DNA of 64,000 nucleotides from Escherichia phage EPIMAM01: the sequence record PQ493298, one strand, 5' to 3'. How positions within the stretch are numbered: the first letter of the stretch is position 1; every line of letters starts with the position of its first letter. This document shows, in pieces, positions 44,850-57,390 of the stretch. A model generated the notes under the pieces. It had not been told where the DNA came from, made no database searches, and was given only the letters and a program-made list of their open reading frames with translations. The position numbers and the translations under genes were made by a program.

Positions 44850-45166
44850 AAGTCCTCAACTTGAAAATCGTCTTTAAACAATCGGTTAACTATATGAGCT
44901 ATTATATCACCATGACACGGCTTTGGTTTACATGTGCATCCTAGCCTCATTCCACGTAAAGGCTCTAAATGTGCTTTAGTTATTTCTCCGGATTTAATTC
45001 GACGTATAAAATCTTTTTTGAATAATTCAATGGCAGCCTCCCGGCTGCCAGCATCTTTACCGACGTAATTTCCCCAAAATGTACCACGGTGAATATTAAC
45101 ATCAAAGTCGGATTTATATTTATTCACTACCTGACATAGACGGCCCGCGCGGTGATAATTCGTCAT
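44840..45166 (-). CDS. hypothetical protein with C-T-C...P-C-H-G-D cysteine cluster (possibly DUF4326-like)
   Basis: 108 aa; motif [14 protein letters not shown]. Confidence 0.5.
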   Translation of the reverse strand: MTNYHRAGRLCQVVNKYKSDFDVNIHRGTFWGNYVGKDAGSREAAIELFKKDFIRRIKSGEITKAHLEPLRGMRLGCTCKPKPCHGDIIAHIVNRLFKDDFQVEDLCN

Positions 45167-45395
45167 ATTGTTTTTCCGTTAAAACAGTAATATCATAATA
45201 ACAATCAGAAGAAGTTTTAACTGTAGAAATTTTATTATCAAAATACTCACGAGTCATTTTATGAGTATAATATTTTTTGCCATAAATGATAATAGGCTGA
45301 TTTGGTCCTGGAACTTCTAACTCGCTTGGATTAGGAAGTGTAAAAAGAACTACACCAGAAGTATCCTTAAATCGTAAAATCATATATCCTCTCAA
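45120..45395 (-). CDS. hypothetical protein
   Basis: 91 aa ORF. Confidence 0.45.
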   Translation of the reverse strand: MRGYMILRFKDTSGVVLFTLPNPSELEVPGPNQPIIIYGKKYYTHKMTREYFDNKISTVKTSSDCYYDITVLTEKQYDELSPRGPSMSGSE

Positions 45396-45406
45396 TTAAA
45401 TTAAAA

Positions 45407-46266
45407 TTACACCGCCATCTTTCCTTTAATTGGCGGGTGAGATACATAGTTGTTAAGAACAAAATTATGCGGCTTTGCGAATTGACTCAACCAAAATACC
45501 TGCGATTCTGTGTCCCATTCATCAAATTCATCTGGAAATTTTAATTGTAATTCGCATAAATCCATAGGTTCACGACGCAAAATTTCTTTACATTGTTCTA
45601 CGTGATTCATATAGATATGAGTATTACCACCAGAAAATATCAAATCTCCTGGAATAAGATTACACATCTTAGCTACAATATGAACTAACGTAGCATATGA
45701 TGCAATATTAAATGGAAGACCGAGGAAAACATCTACCGAACGTTGATACCACTGCAAATCCAAATAACCATTACGCACATTAAATTGATAGAACATATGA
45801 CAAGGTGGTAATGCCATTTGCTTGAGTTCAGCTGGATTCCATGCTGAAACAATTTGACGTCTATCATTTGGCAGTTTTTTAATACGATCAACAACTTCTA
45901 TAATTTGGTCTACACCACCAAAATCACGCCACTGTTTTCCATAAATTGGACCAAGTTCACCACTATGGTATCCTAAATCTTTTGCTTGATTTTCGTAATT
46001 TTCATCCCAGACTGTTTTGCCTTGAATTAATGAATCATGTTGAATTAATCGCAAATCATTGACATTTGTGCTTCCCGATAAAAACCATATTAGCTCAGCA
46101 ATGCAAGCTTTCCAGGCAAGCTTCTTAGTCGTTACTGCAGGAAAACCTTTAGTTAAATCCCAGCGTAATTTAGTACCGAACAAAGCAATTGTTCCTGTGC
46201 CTGTTCGGTCATCGGTTTCATAACCGTTTTCCAGGATATCTTTAATTAAAAATTGGTATTGTTTCA

Positions 46267-46267
<1 letters not shown>
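45407..46267 (-). CDS. td: thymidylate synthase, intronless
   Basis: 286 aa from ATG at 46267 (ORF-track start 46279 is a TTG extension); MKQYQ... and PPCHMFYQF active-site region. Confidence 0.93.
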
Positions 46268-47296
<1,029 letters not shown>

Positions 47297-47306
47297 GTTA
47301 TTTTCC

Positions 47307-47549
47307 TTAAACAGACTTTTTCACAATTTTCCAATCAGCTTTAAACTGATCGACGTCAGAATGGTAAATCCAGAATCCTGCGCTTTCTCCATCTTCATAA
47401 AGAGGACATCCATCACATTCATCTTCCCATCCCATATCACGCAAAAGACGTTCAGCTTTTTCAATGAGTTCAGAATCTTTACCGATGATATTAAAATACC
47501 ATTTACCTCTAACTTCTGAATCTTTAATGCTCTGACGTTGTAATCTCAT
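47307..47549 (-). CDS. hypothetical protein
   Basis: 80 aa ORF. Confidence 0.5.
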   Translation of the reverse strand: MRLQRQSIKDSEVRGKWYFNIIGKDSELIEKAERLLRDMGWEDECDGCPLYEDGESAGFWIYHSDVDQFKADWKIVKKSV

Positions 47550-47603
47550 TTTATTCTCCTTAGTTGATAGGGTAATAGTATCACACTACTACCCTACTGT
47601 AAA

Positions 47604-47984
47604 CTACTTTTTGAATGTTTTTCGCAAAAGTTCAATGATTTCGTCTACATTGTTTTCGTCAACAATGCAATGAATTTTTGTTACGCCAGAAACCTTGTCT
47701 TTGACTTCATCTTCTTCAGAAGTCGGTTCTTTATACTCACGAAAACAATGAAATTCATCTTCGCAAATTTCTAAAAGTCTATCTTTAAGGTAAAAATGCT
47801 TTCCATTTGCGCATTCAATGTGTTTTACTGCTTTATATCCATTAGCGACGGAAACTTCTTTAACTTCAAACCATCCGCCATTATCTCGAATAGCTTTAAC
47901 TATTGATGAATTGGAACGTGGGCTATAATTAATAAATGTATCAATAAGTCTTGGAACAAGTTCATACTTTCGACCAGTATACAT
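47604..47984 (-). CDS. hypothetical protein
   Basis: 126 aa ORF. Confidence 0.55.
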   Translation of the reverse strand: MYTGRKYELVPRLIDTFINYSPRSNSSIVKAIRDNGGWFEVKEVSVANGYKAVKHIECANGKHFYLKDRLLEICEDEFHCFREYKEPTSEEDEVKDKVSGVTKIHCIVDENNVDEIIELLRKTFKK

Positions 47985-48005
47985 TGTGTTTTCCTCATTT
48001 TAATA

Positions 48006-48021
48006 GGGGCTTTATAACCCC
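48006..48021. terminator. stem-loop GGGGC-TTTATAA-CCCC
   Basis: Inverted repeat in intergenic gap. Confidence 0.45.
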
Positions 48022-48028
48022 TTGATAA

Positions 48029-48277
48029 TTATTGTTCAATCAATCCCATGTAAAATTCTGTGTCTTCAGAATCCATACCATCACAATATTCATTAGCCAT
48101 AAAGCGGGTGAGGTCTTCAAGAGGACCTTCAATAACGATTTGAATACTCCAAAACTTAGAATCTTGTACGCTTATGATATTAAGTTCAGGATAACGATTA
48201 CGAATAATTTCTTCAAAATATTCGTAATCAATAACATCAATATCAACTTTAGCCATATTGTTTTCCTCTTTAATCAT
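48029..48277 (-). CDS. hypothetical protein
   Basis: 82 aa ORF downstream of gene 32. Confidence 0.5.
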   Translation of the reverse strand: MIKEENNMAKVDIDVIDYEYFEEIIRNRYPELNIISVQDSKFWSIQIVIEGPLEDLTRFMANEYCDGMDSEDTEFYMGLIEQ

Positions 48278-48360
48278 CAGCAGTATTGCCGATAGTTGTA
48301 TAGTACCATAGTTCTTGTGGCATGTAAACCGTTTTGTGAAAAAATTTTTGAAATAAAAAA

Positions 48361-48379
48361 GGGGACCTCTAGGGTCCCC
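48361..48379. terminator. stem-loop GGGGACC-TCTAG-GGTCCCC downstream of gene 32
   Basis: Perfect 7-bp stem. Confidence 0.65.
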
Positions 48380-48401
48380 AATTAATTAGTAATATAATTT
48401 A

Positions 48402-49310
48402 TTAAAGGTCATTCAAAAGGTCATCCAGGTCCGTGTCATCAGCACTAGATGAACTGCCAGAGCTTGAGCTCATAAAATCATCTTCAGTTTTTGTATTGAA
48501 GTCATCAACATTGAATGCATCCAAATCATCAGCAACTTTATCAGCTTTCTTAGCGGCAGTCGCTGCGGCACCACCCATAGCAGAAGTTCCCATAACTTGA
48601 CTGAACTTAGTGCTCAGTTCTTCAAACGATTTGAATTTATCTTTAGAAGTCATTTCAGAAAGGTCAACCATTTGTTCAAACAGTTCTTTCTGGAAAGATT
48701 CATCATCAATGTTTGGAATCGCAGATTGATTCAGGAATTTAGATTCGTCGTAGTTACTAAAACCAGAAACTTGTTTAACTTTCAGTACAAAGTTAGCACC
48801 TTCCCACGGACAAGTTACATCAACCGGAGTTTCACCCATTTCAACATCAACTGCAATCATTGCATTGATTTTATCCCAGATTTTCTTACCGAAACGGTAT
48901 TTAAATACTTTACCTTCATTTTCTGGAGCAGCTGGGTCTTTTACTACAAGAATGTTAGCCCAGTAAGAAGTTTTACGTTTAACAAGACCGTACTCTTTAT
49001 TGTCAGTGTTGTACAAATCATTTTTACTGATGTACTGACATACTGGACAAGAATCGTAATCACCGTGGGTAGATGAACAGTTTTCAATATACCATTTACC
49101 ATTTTTCTTGAAACCGTGATTTACAAGAATTGCGAATGGTGCTTGTTCATCATTTTTAGACGGAAGAAAACGAATTACTGCTTGACCGTTACCCGCATTA
49201 TCGAGTTTCAGTTTCCACTCGCCTTTATCTTCAGAAGAAAAACCACCTTTATTTCCAGCCAGTTTAGCCATTTGTGCAGCGAGTTCAGCAGTAGATTTAC
49301 GTTTAAACAT
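48402..49310 (-). CDS. 32: single-stranded DNA-binding protein gp32
   Basis: 302 aa; matches remembered T4 gp32 including acidic Ser-rich C-terminus. Confidence 0.95.
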   Translation of the reverse strand: MFKRKSTAELAAQMAKLAGNKGGFSSEDKGEWKLKLDNAGNGQAVIRFLPSKNDEQAPFAILVNHGFKKNGKWYIENCSSTHGDYDSCPVCQYISKNDLYNTDNKEYGLVKRKTSYWANILVVKDPAAPENEGKVFKYRFGKKIWDKINAMIAVDVEMGETPVDVTCPWEGANFVLKVKQVSGFSNYDESKFLNQSAIPNIDDESFQKELFEQMVDLSEMTSKDKFKSFEELSTKFSQVMGTSAMGGAAATAAKKADKVADDLDAFNVDDFNTKTEDDFMSSSSGSSSSADDTDLDDLLNDL

Positions 49311-49409
49311 TTTTATTTCCTTTTTAATTTAATTAACAGTTGGTGCTATGACGATGTATGACCTCATAGCTGGTCAGTGAGATAATTATAATCTATTTAT
49401 AATAAGCAA

Positions 49410-50063
49410 TTAATACTTGCAAGATTTCACAGTTTCAATGAAAACACTTTTAGCTTTCTGTGAATCAATATTTAAAATTTTTCTATAAGCCTTTAACTTT
49501 ATAGAATAATTATTCCAGACTAAATTATCAGTCTGTTCATCATGTTTATCGATTATATTTAAAAACGAATCAAGCAAGATAAACGTCTCAAACGAAATTA
49601 TATTCGATTGAAGTAGTTTAAAAATATAACTTGATTGAACTTTTGGATTATACTCAAAGATTTCTTTAAAAGCAGAAACTTCAACTTTTTTACTAAAATA
49701 ATAAATGTTGCGAATATCTTCTTCAAACTTAAATTTAATTTGCTTTAAGCGTCCGATATATTCACGATAAAACACAAGTGCATCAGCGTCAGAGATGTCA
49801 CCAATCCAAGCATCTTGGTTAGCAACCAGATTGCTTATAAAGATTAAAGCAAGTTCCTTTAATTTATATTTTTCTGATAACTTCTGGAAAAAATACTTAT
49901 CCCTTCGCTTTTGATAAGCGGCATCAGACACCCGCATGCACCAATTATACTTAATTACATCATACTTTCCATTCATATGTTGTTTTATCATTAAGTATAA
50001 TTTATAAACTGATTTACCATCAATGTATCTTTCACCACCAGCAGGCATGCGGAGTTTAATCAT
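49410..50063 (-). CDS. 59: helicase loader gp59
   Basis: 217 aa; matches T4 gp59 length and order 32-59-33. Confidence 0.9.
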   Translation of the reverse strand: MIKLRMPAGGERYIDGKSVYKLYLMIKQHMNGKYDVIKYNWCMRVSDAAYQKRRDKYFFQKLSEKYKLKELALIFISNLVANQDAWIGDISDADALVFYREYIGRLKQIKFKFEEDIRNIYYFSKKVEVSAFKEIFEYNPKVQSSYIFKLLQSNIISFETFILLDSFLNIIDKHDEQTDNLVWNNYSIKLKAYRKILNIDSQKAKSVFIETVKSCKY

Positions 50064-50398
50064 AGTAGAAAATCTAATGTATTAGTTTTTTCACAACGAA
50101 CAACAGAAGGACGTAAAAGATTTTCGTCAATAGCTTCTGACTGAATTTTTTCAATTATACCCGAAGGAATAAATTTAGCAAATTGAGTTTCAGGAATAGA
50201 ATTTTCTTCTAAGAATGCTGTTGTAGCTTCAAGATAACTCATTCCAAACTCTTCTACCATTTTTTCAATAATAAATCCATTTTCTTGGCGGTCAAGAAGC
50301 TTTGCAATTTCATCCTTTTCTTTCTTAATTGAAAGTTCTTTTTCTGAAAGACCGGTCTCATCGACCGGACGAATATCATTTAGAGAAAACTGTGTCAT
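50060..50398 (-). CDS. 33: late transcription co-activator gp33
   Basis: 112 aa from internal Met MTQFSLNDIRP...; synteny. Confidence 0.85.
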   Translation of the reverse strand: MTQFSLNDIRPVDETGLSEKELSIKKEKDEIAKLLDRQENGFIIEKMVEEFGMSYLEATTAFLEENSIPETQFAKFIPSGIIEKIQSEAIDENLLRPSVVRCEKTNTLDFLL

Positions 50399-50645
50399 AA
50401 AGTTCAACTACCTCTTCAGTTTCAGCTTCAAACACATCACGGTTATCTTTATGATACAAAGCTAACAGGCGATTAAACATCTTACCATCAACACCAAGTT
50501 CATCTTTGGCGCGAATTCGAATATCTTTAATCAATTCATTATAACCAGAAATTTTCAGTTTATGATCAGATGCTTCTTTAATAAATTTAGCCAAGTCTTC
50601 GCCATGAATAGCTTCATCAAATTCAACCATTTCTTTTTTAGCCAT
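50376..50645 (-). CDS. dsbA: double-stranded DNA-binding protein DsbA
   Basis: 89 aa; overlaps gp33 start; synteny. Confidence 0.8.
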   Translation of the reverse strand: MAKKEMVEFDEAIHGEDLAKFIKEASDHKLKISGYNELIKDIRIRAKDELGVDGKMFNRLLALYHKDNRDVFEAETEEVVELYDTVFSK

Positions 50646-50653
50646 TATTCACC

Positions 50654-51571
50654 TCAAAATTCATTAATGCTATTAGTTAATTTAGAAAGACCCGCTTTTA
50701 CAAAATATGAATAAATTTTGCCACGCGGTGGTAATTTATATGAATTATAGTAATTCACAATGTTTGAAGCAATATTATCAGGAATATAATCAAAATCAAT
50801 TAGAACTAAATTTTCTTTATATCGATTATATTCAGATTCAGTGAGAAGCACCTTAGCTTGCTCGCGGTCATTAGCAATAGCTTCAACAATAGAGGTTTTC
50901 ATTGAAGGAGTTCGTTCACCTTCAACTCTGGTAAACCAAAAGTCAGATCGTACTTTAACTGAAGCAACGTTATCCTTTTTGTCGCCTTTAAGGATTTTAG
51001 TCATACAGTCAATTTCAGCAGAACCGCTTTTAATTTTAACCCATTTCTTGTGCATCGGTGACCATTGCTTAACATTTGGGTATTTGTGAAGTTGAGTAAA
51101 GTCACCATCCGACGAAATGATTAAAATCTTGTGTCCTTCTAAAGAGAACTTTTTAACAAGAACAGCGATATGGTCATCTGCTTCATACTTATCAATATCC
51201 ATAACGATGTATGGCATATAAGCTTTCAATTCATCTATAACTTTATGACTGGATTCAAAATAACCTTCCCAGTCCCAAGTAGATTCTTCTCGTGCTTTTC
51301 CACGGTTTTTCTTATAATAATAAGCGAAATCACGACGCCAGTATCCAGATTTCGCGTTATCAATACACAATACAATTTTAGTGTATCCAAGAGTTTTTGC
51401 TTTTTTAACATTGAACTTAATTGAGTTCAATATCAAATGACGAACCATTGATAAATTAATTTTTTCTTTATCTGGGAAGTTTACCAGAGCAGTTGAAAGC
51501 GCAATCTGACTAAAGTCAATTAAGCAAATTCCTTCTTTGTAATCTTCATCCAGCATCATTTCTAAATCCAT
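50654..51571 (-). CDS. rnh: RNase H (5'-3' exonuclease, FEN-family)
   Basis: 305 aa from internal Met MDLEMM...; synteny. Confidence 0.9.
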   Translation of the reverse strand: MDLEMMLDEDYKEGICLIDFSQIALSTALVNFPDKEKINLSMVRHLILNSIKFNVKKAKTLGYTKIVLCIDNAKSGYWRRDFAYYYKKNRGKAREESTWDWEGYFESSHKVIDELKAYMPYIVMDIDKYEADDHIAVLVKKFSLEGHKILIISSDGDFTQLHKYPNVKQWSPMHKKWVKIKSGSAEIDCMTKILKGDKKDNVASVKVRSDFWFTRVEGERTPSMKTSIVEAIANDREQAKVLLTESEYNRYKENLVLIDFDYIPDNIASNIVNYYNSYKLPPRGKIYSYFVKAGLSKLTNSINEF

Positions 51572-51643
51572 ATGAACCTCGTTCAATTAGTGAGATTTCT
51601 ATTATATACTATCTAAATCTTAAAGTAAACAAGTATAAATACT

Positions 51644-51651
51644 TATTATTG
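51644..51651 (+). promoter_or_regulatory. late promoter box TATAAATA upstream of gene 34
   Basis: Exact TATAAATA 25 nt upstream of ATG 51676. Confidence 0.7.
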
Positions 51652-51675
51652 AAAACACAATAGGAGCCCGGGAGA

Positions 51676-54600
51676 ATGGCCGAGATTAAAAGAAAGTTCA
51701 GAGCAGAAGATGGTCTGGACGCAGGTGGCGATAAAATAATCAACGTAGCTTTAGCTGATCGTACCGTAGGAACTGACGGTGTTAACGTTGATTACTTAAT
51801 TCAAGAAAACACAGTTCAACAATATGATCCAACTCGTGGATATTTAAAAGATTTTGTAATCATTTATAATAATCGTTTTTGGGCAGCAACGGATAATATT
51901 CCAAAACCTGCTGGAAGTTTTAATAGAATTCGTTGGAAAGCATTACGTACTGATGCTGTATATACAACCGTATCATCTGGACCGTATCAATTAAAATCCG
52001 GAGAAGCAATTTCAGTAGATACATCAGTTGGTAATGACATTGAGTTTACTTTACCACCTTCTCCGCTCGATGGAGAAACAGTAATAATTCAAGATATCGG
52101 TGGAAAACCTGGTATAAATCAGGTTAAAATAAGTTCTTCAAATCAGAGCATTGTTAATTTTAGAGGTGAACAAGTACGTTCAGTTTTAATGACTCATCCA
52201 AAGTCACAGATGATATTCATTTTTAATAATCGTTTGTGGCAAATGTATGTTGCTGATTATAGCAGAGAAGCTGCAATTGTTACTCCATCGACTGCATATC
52301 AAGCACAATCTAATGATTTTATCGTGCGTAGATTTACTTCCGCAGCGCCGATTAATATTAAACTTCCGAGATTTGCTAATCATGGCGATATTATTAATTT
52401 CGTTGATTTAGATAAATTAAATCCACTTTATCATACAATTGTCACGACATATGATGAAACAACTTCAGTACAAGAAGTTGGAACTCATTCCATTGAAGGC
52501 CGTACATCGATTGACGGTTTCTTGATGTTTGATGATAGTGAAAAATTATGGAGATTGTTTGACGGGGATAGTAAAGCACGTTTACGCATTATAACGACTA
52601 ATTCAAACATTCGTCCAAATGAAGAAGTTATGGTATTTGGTGCGAATAATGGAACAACTCAAACAATTGAGCTTCAGCTTCCAACTAATATTTCTGTTGG
52701 TGATACTGTTAAAATTTCCATGAATTACATGAGAAAAGGACAAACAGTTAAAATCAAAGCTGCCGGTGAAGATAAAATTGCTTCTTCAGTTCAATTGCTG
52801 CAATTCCCAAAACGCTCAGAATATCCACCTGAAGCTGAATGGGTGACTGTTCAAGAATTAGTTTTTAACGGTGAAACTAATTATGTTCCAGTTTTACAGC
52901 TTGCTTATATTGAAGATTCTGACGGAAAATACTGGGTTGTACAGCAAAACGTTCCAACTGTTGAAAGAGTCGATTCTTTAAATAATTCTACTAGAGCAAG
53001 ATTAGGCGTAATTGCTTTAGCTACACAAGCCCAAGCTAACGTCGATTTAGAAAATTCTCCACAAAAAGAATTAGCAATTACTCCAGAAACATTAGCTAAC
53101 CGTACTGCTACAGAAACTCGTAGAGGTATCGCAAGAATAGCAACTACTGCTCAAGTAAATCAGAACACTACATTCTCTTTTGCTGATGACCTTATCATCA
53201 CTCCTAAAAAGCTGAATGAAAGAACTGCTACAGAAACTCGCAGAGGTGTTGCTGAAATTGCTACGCAGCAGGAAACTAATACAGGTACTGATGATACTAC
53301 AATCATCACTCCTAAAAAGCTTCAAGCTCGTCAAGGTTCTGAAACATTATCGGGTATTGTAACTTTTGTATCTACCGCAGGAGCTACTCCAGCCTCTAGT
53401 CGTGAATTAAATGGTACAAATGTTTATAATAAAAATACTAATAATTTAGTTGTTTCGCCTAAAGCACTGGATCAGTATAAAGCTACTCCAACGCAACAAG
53501 GTGCAGTAATTTTAGCAGTTGAAAGTGAAGTAATTGCTGGACAAAGCCAAGAAGGATGGGCAAATGCGGTTGTAACACCAGAAACGTTACATAAAAAGAC
53601 ATCAACTGATGGAAGAATTGGTTTAATTGAAATTGCTACGCAAAGCGAAGTTAATACAGGAACTGATTATACTCGCGCAGTCACTCCTAAAACTTTAAAT
53701 GACCGTAGAGCAACTGAAAGTTTAAGTGGTATAGCTGAAATTGCTACGCAAGTTGAATTCGACGCAGGCGTCGACGATACTCGTATCTCTACACCATTAA
53801 AAATTAAAACTAGATTTAATAGTACTGATCGTACTTCTGTTGTTGCTCTATCTGGATTAGTTGAATCAGGAACTCTCTGGGACCATTATACCCTTAATAT
53901 TCTTGAAGCAAATGAGACACAACGTGGTACACTTCGTGTAGCTACACAAGTTGAAGCTGCTGCAGGAAAATTAGATAATGTTTTAATAACTCCTAAAAAG
54001 CTTTTAGGTACTAAATCTACCGAATCGCAAGAAGGTGTTATTAAAGTTGCAACTCAGTCTGAAACCGTGACTGGAACGTCAGCAAATACTGCTGTATCTC
54101 CAAAAAATTTAAAATGGATTGTGCAGAGTGAACCTACTTGGGCAGCCACTCCAGCCATAAGAGGATTTGTTAAAACTTCATCCGGTTCAATTACATTCGT
54201 TGGTAATGATACAGCTGGTTCTACGCAGGACTTAGAGCTATACGAGAAAAATAGTTATGCAGTATCACCATATGAATTAAACCGTGTATTAGCAAATTAT
54301 TTGCCGTTAAAAGCAAAAGCTGCTGACGCAAATTTATTAGATGGTCTAGATTCATCTCAGTTCATTCGTAGGGATATTGCCCAGACAGTTAATGGTTCAC
54401 TAACCTTAACCAAACAAACGAACCTGAGTGCCCCTCTTGTATCATCTAGTACTGCTACGTTTGGTGGATCAGTTTCAGCAAATAGTACACTAACTATTTC
54501 TAATACTGGAACGGCAACTCAATTAATTTTTGAGAAAGGACCTCAAACTGGAACAAACCCGACTCAAACAATGACTGTAAAAGTGTGGGGAAATCAATTT

Positions 54601-55545
54601 AGCGGGGAGTCAGACACAACACGTTCTACTGTATTTGAAGTTAGTGATGAAACTTCTAGTCATTTTTATTCTCAGCGTAATAAAGCTGGTAATATAACAT
54701 TTAATATCAACGGTACAGTAACACCGATAAATGTGAATGCTTCAGGAACATTGAATGCGAATGGCGTTGCAACATTTGGTAATTCAGTCACTGCAACTGG
54801 TGAAATTATTTCTCGAAGCGCAAATGCTTTCCGTGCTATTAATGGAAATTACGGTTTCATTATTCGTAATGACGGGTCAGTAACGAATTTTATGCTTACT
54901 GCATCAGGCAATCAAACTGGTGGATTTAATGGATTGCGTCCATTGTCCATTAATAATCAATCTGGGCAGGTCACAATTGGTGAAAGCTTGATCATTGCTA
55001 AAGGTGCTACTATAAATTCAGGTGGTTTAACTGTTAACTCGAGAATTCGTTCTCAAGGTGTTAAAACATCTGATTTATATACCCGTGCGCCGACATCTGA
55101 TACTGTAGGATTCTGGTCAATCGATATTAATGATTCAGCCACTTATAACCAGTTCCCGGGTTATTTTAAAATGGTTGAAAAAACTAATGAAGTTACTGGA
55201 CTTCCATACTTAGAACGTGGCGAAGAAGTTAAATCTCCTGGTACATTGACTCAGTTTGGTAACACACTTGATTCACTTTACCAAGATTGGATTACTTATC
55301 CAACGACTCCAGAAGCACGTACCACTCGCTGGACACGTACATGGCAAAAAACTAAAAACTCTTGGTCAAGTTTTGTTCAGGTATTTGATGGAGGTAACCC
55401 TCCTCAACCTTCGGATATAGGAGCAATTCCATCTGATAATGGAATAATAGGTAATCTTACTATTCGTGATTTCTTACGAATTGGTAATGTTCGCATTATT
55501 CCTGACCCAGTGAATAAAACTGTTAAATTTGAATGGGTTGAATAA
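51676..55545 (+). CDS. 34: long tail fibre proximal subunit gp34
   Basis: 1289 aa, same length as T4 gp34; internal repeated ITPKKL...ATETRRG motifs. Confidence 0.95.
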   Translation: MAEIKRKFRAEDGLDAGGDKIINVALADRTVGTDGVNVDYLIQENTVQQYDPTRGYLKDFVIIYNNRFWAATDNIPKPAGSFNRIRWKALRTDAVYTTVSSGPYQLKSGEAISVDTSVGNDIEFTLPPSPLDGETVIIQDIGGKPGINQVKISSSNQSIVNFRGEQVRSVLMTHPKSQMIFIFNNRLWQMYVADYSREAAIVTPSTAYQAQSNDFIVRRFTSAAPINIKLPRFANHGDIINFVDLDKLNPLYHTIVTTYDETTSVQEVGTHSIEGRTSIDGFLMFDDSEKLWRLFDGDSKARLRIITTNSNIRPNEEVMVFGANNGTTQTIELQLPTNISVGDTVKISMNYMRKGQTVKIKAAGEDKIASSVQLLQFPKRSEYPPEAEWVTVQELVFNGETNYVPVLQLAYIEDSDGKYWVVQQNVPTVERVDSLNNSTRARLGVIALATQAQANVDLENSPQKELAITPETLANRTATETRRGIARIATTAQVNQNTTFSFADDLIITPKKLNERTATETRRGVAEIATQQETNTGTDDTTIITPKKLQARQGSETLSGIVTFVSTAGATPASSRELNGTNVYNKNTNNLVVSPKALDQYKATPTQQGAVILAVESEVIAGQSQEGWANAVVTPETLHKKTSTDGRIGLIEIATQSEVNTGTDYTRAVTPKTLNDRRATESLSGIAEIATQVEFDAGVDDTRISTPLKIKTRFNSTDRTSVVALSGLVESGTLWDHYTLNILEANETQRGTLRVATQVEAAAGKLDNVLITPKKLLGTKSTESQEGVIKVATQSETVTGTSANTAVSPKNLKWIVQSEPTWAATPAIRGFVKTSSGSITFVGNDTAGSTQDLELYEKNSYAVSPYELNRVLANYLPLKAKAADANLLDGLDSSQFIRRDIAQTVNGSLTLTKQTNLSAPLVSSSTATFGGSVSANSTLTISNTGTATQLIFEKGPQTGTNPTQTMTVKVWGNQFSGESDTTRSTVFEVSDETSSHFYSQRNKAGNITFNINGTVTPINVNASGTLNANGVATFGNSVTATGEIISRSANAFRAINGNYGFIIRNDGSVTNFMLTASGNQTGGFNGLRPLSINNQSGQVTIGESLIIAKGATINSGGLTVNSRIRSQGVKTSDLYTRAPTSDTVGFWSIDINDSATYNQFPGYFKMVEKTNEVTGLPYLERGEEVKSPGTLTQFGNTLDSLYQDWITYPTTPEARTTRWTRTWQKTKNSWSSFVQVFDGGNPPQPSDIGAIPSDNGIIGNLTIRDFLRIGNVRIIPDPVNKTVKFEWVE

Positions 55546-55553
55546 GAGGTATT

Positions 55554-56669
55554 ATGGAAAAATTTATGGCAGAGTTTGGACAAGGATATGTCCAAACGCC
55601 ATTTTTATCGGAAAGCAATTCAGTAAGATATAAAATAAGCATAGCGGGCTCTTGCCCGCTTTCTACTGCAGAGCCATATGTTAAATTTCAGGATAATCCC
55701 GTTGGAAATCAAACATTTAGTGCAGGTCTTCATTTAAGAGTTTTTGACCCTTCTACGGGAGCATTAGTTGATAGTAAGTCATATGCTTTTTCTGCTTCAA
55801 ACAATACAACATCTGCCGCTTTTGTCAGTTTTATGAATTCTTTGTCAAACAATAGACTTGTTGCTATATTAACTAGCGGAAAGGTTAATTTTCCTCCTGA
55901 AGTGGTATCTTGGTTAAGGGGAGCAGGAACTTCAGTTTTTCCATCAGATTCAGTATTGTCAAGATTTGACGTATCATATGCTGCTTTTTATACTTCTTCT
56001 AAAAGAGCTATTGCATTAGAGCATGTTAAACTAAGTAATAGAAAAAGCACAGATGATTATCAAACTATTTTAGATGTTGTATTTGATAGTTTAGAAGACG
56101 TCGGAGCTACGGGATTTCCTAAAAGAACATATGAAAGTGTCGAGCAATTTATGTCAGCGGTTGGTGGAACTAACAACGAAATTGCGCGATTGCCAACTTC
56201 AGCTGCTATAAGTAAACTATCTGATTATAATTTAATTCCTGGTGATGTTCTTTATCTTAAAGCACAGTTATATGCTGATGCTGATTTACTTGATCTTGGA
56301 ACTACAAATATATCTATCCGTTTTTATAATGCATCAAATGGATATATTTCTTCAACACAGGCTGAGTTTACTGGGCAAGCTGGGTCATGGGAATTAAAGG
56401 AAGATTATGTAGTTGTTCCTGAAAATGCAGTCGGATTTACTATATATGCGCAGAGAACTGCTCAAGCTGGTCAAGGCGGACTGAGGAATTTAAGCTTTTC
56501 TGAAGTATCAAGAAATGGCGGCATTTCAAAACCTGCCGAATTTGGCGTCAACGGTATTCGCGTTAATTATGTCTGTGAATCGGCTTCACCTCCAGATATA
56601 ATGGTACTTCCTACACAAGCCTCTTCTAAAACTGGCAAAGTGTTTGGGCAAGAATTTAGAGAAGTTTAA
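55554..56669 (+). CDS. 35: long tail fibre hinge connector gp35
   Basis: 371 aa; synteny. Confidence 0.9.
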   Translation: MEKFMAEFGQGYVQTPFLSESNSVRYKISIAGSCPLSTAEPYVKFQDNPVGNQTFSAGLHLRVFDPSTGALVDSKSYAFSASNNTTSAAFVSFMNSLSNNRLVAILTSGKVNFPPEVVSWLRGAGTSVFPSDSVLSRFDVSYAAFYTSSKRAIALEHVKLSNRKSTDDYQTILDVVFDSLEDVGATGFPKRTYESVEQFMSAVGGTNNEIARLPTSAAISKLSDYNLIPGDVLYLKAQLYADADLLDLGTTNISIRFYNASNGYISSTQAEFTGQAGSWELKEDYVVVPENAVGFTIYAQRTAQAGQGGLRNLSFSEVSRNGGISKPAEFGVNGIRVNYVCESASPPDIMVLPTQASSKTGKVFGQEFREV

Positions 56670-56675
56670 ACTGAG

Positions 56676-56693
56676 GGAGCCTTCGGGTTCCCT
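56676..56693 (+). terminator. stem-loop GGGAGCC-TTCG-GGTTCCC after gene 35
   Basis: Inverted repeat with one G-U pair, followed by T-run. Confidence 0.55.
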
Positions 56694-56700
56694 TTTTCTT

Positions 56701-56708
56701 TATAAATA
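56701..56708 (+). promoter_or_regulatory. late promoter box TATAAATA upstream of gene 36
   Basis: Exact TATAAATA 24 nt upstream of ATG 56732. Confidence 0.7.
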
Positions 56709-56731
56709 ATATTAAAATAAAGGGGCATATA

Positions 56732-57382
56732 ATGGCTGATTTAAAAGTAGGTTCAACTGTGGGTGGATCTGTCATTTGGCATCAAGGAAATTTTCCATTG
56801 AATTCAGCCGGTGACGATGTACTCTACAAATCATTTAAAATATATTCAGAATATAATAAACCACAGGCAGCTGATAACGATTTCGTTTCTAAAGCTAATG
56901 GTGGTACTTACACCGGTCCAATTACTATTAATTACGGGGTAAATAGTTATCTTCAATTAAGTAATAATGAAACCCCCATTCGAATTCGTTCTGGTGGCGG
57001 TACCGGCAATACTCTTGTAGTTGGCGGCTCTTCTGGCGGTATTAGTTTTAGACCTGCAGGTAGTGAAATCACTACTGGACAAATTACTATTACGCCAGAA
57101 GGTTTGACAACATTTACCAGGGCTGTAACGGCTCCATCTGTAACTGTTACATCTACTCCTTCAGCAGCATCTGATGTTACTCGTAAAGATTATGTCGATG
57201 GAGCAATAAATACTGTTACGGCAAATGCGAATTCTAGAGTTTTGCGTAAAGGTGACACCATGACAGGTAATTTAACAGCGCCAAACTTTTTCTCGCAGAA
57301 TCCTGCATCTCAACCCTCGCATGTTCCACGATTTGACCAAATCGTGATTAAGGATTCTGTTCAAGATTTCGGCTATTATTAA
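56732..57382 (+). CDS. 36: long tail fibre distal connector gp36
   Basis: 216 aa; synteny. Confidence 0.9.
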   Translation: MADLKVGSTVGGSVIWHQGNFPLNSAGDDVLYKSFKIYSEYNKPQAADNDFVSKANGGTYTGPITINYGVNSYLQLSNNETPIRIRSGGGTGNTLVVGGSSGGISFRPAGSEITTGQITITPEGLTTFTRAVTAPSVTVTSTPSAASDVTRKDYVDGAINTVTANANSRVLRKGDTMTGNLTAPNFFSQNPASQPSHVPRFDQIVIKDSVQDFGYY

Positions 57383-57390
57383 GAGGACTT

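Noticed and set aside
52980-54100. Repeated ITPKKL...ATETRRG...IAT motifs inside gp34
   Set aside because: Known structural repeats of the long tail fibre shaft, in frame and part of a full-length gp34; not a mobile element or separate feature.
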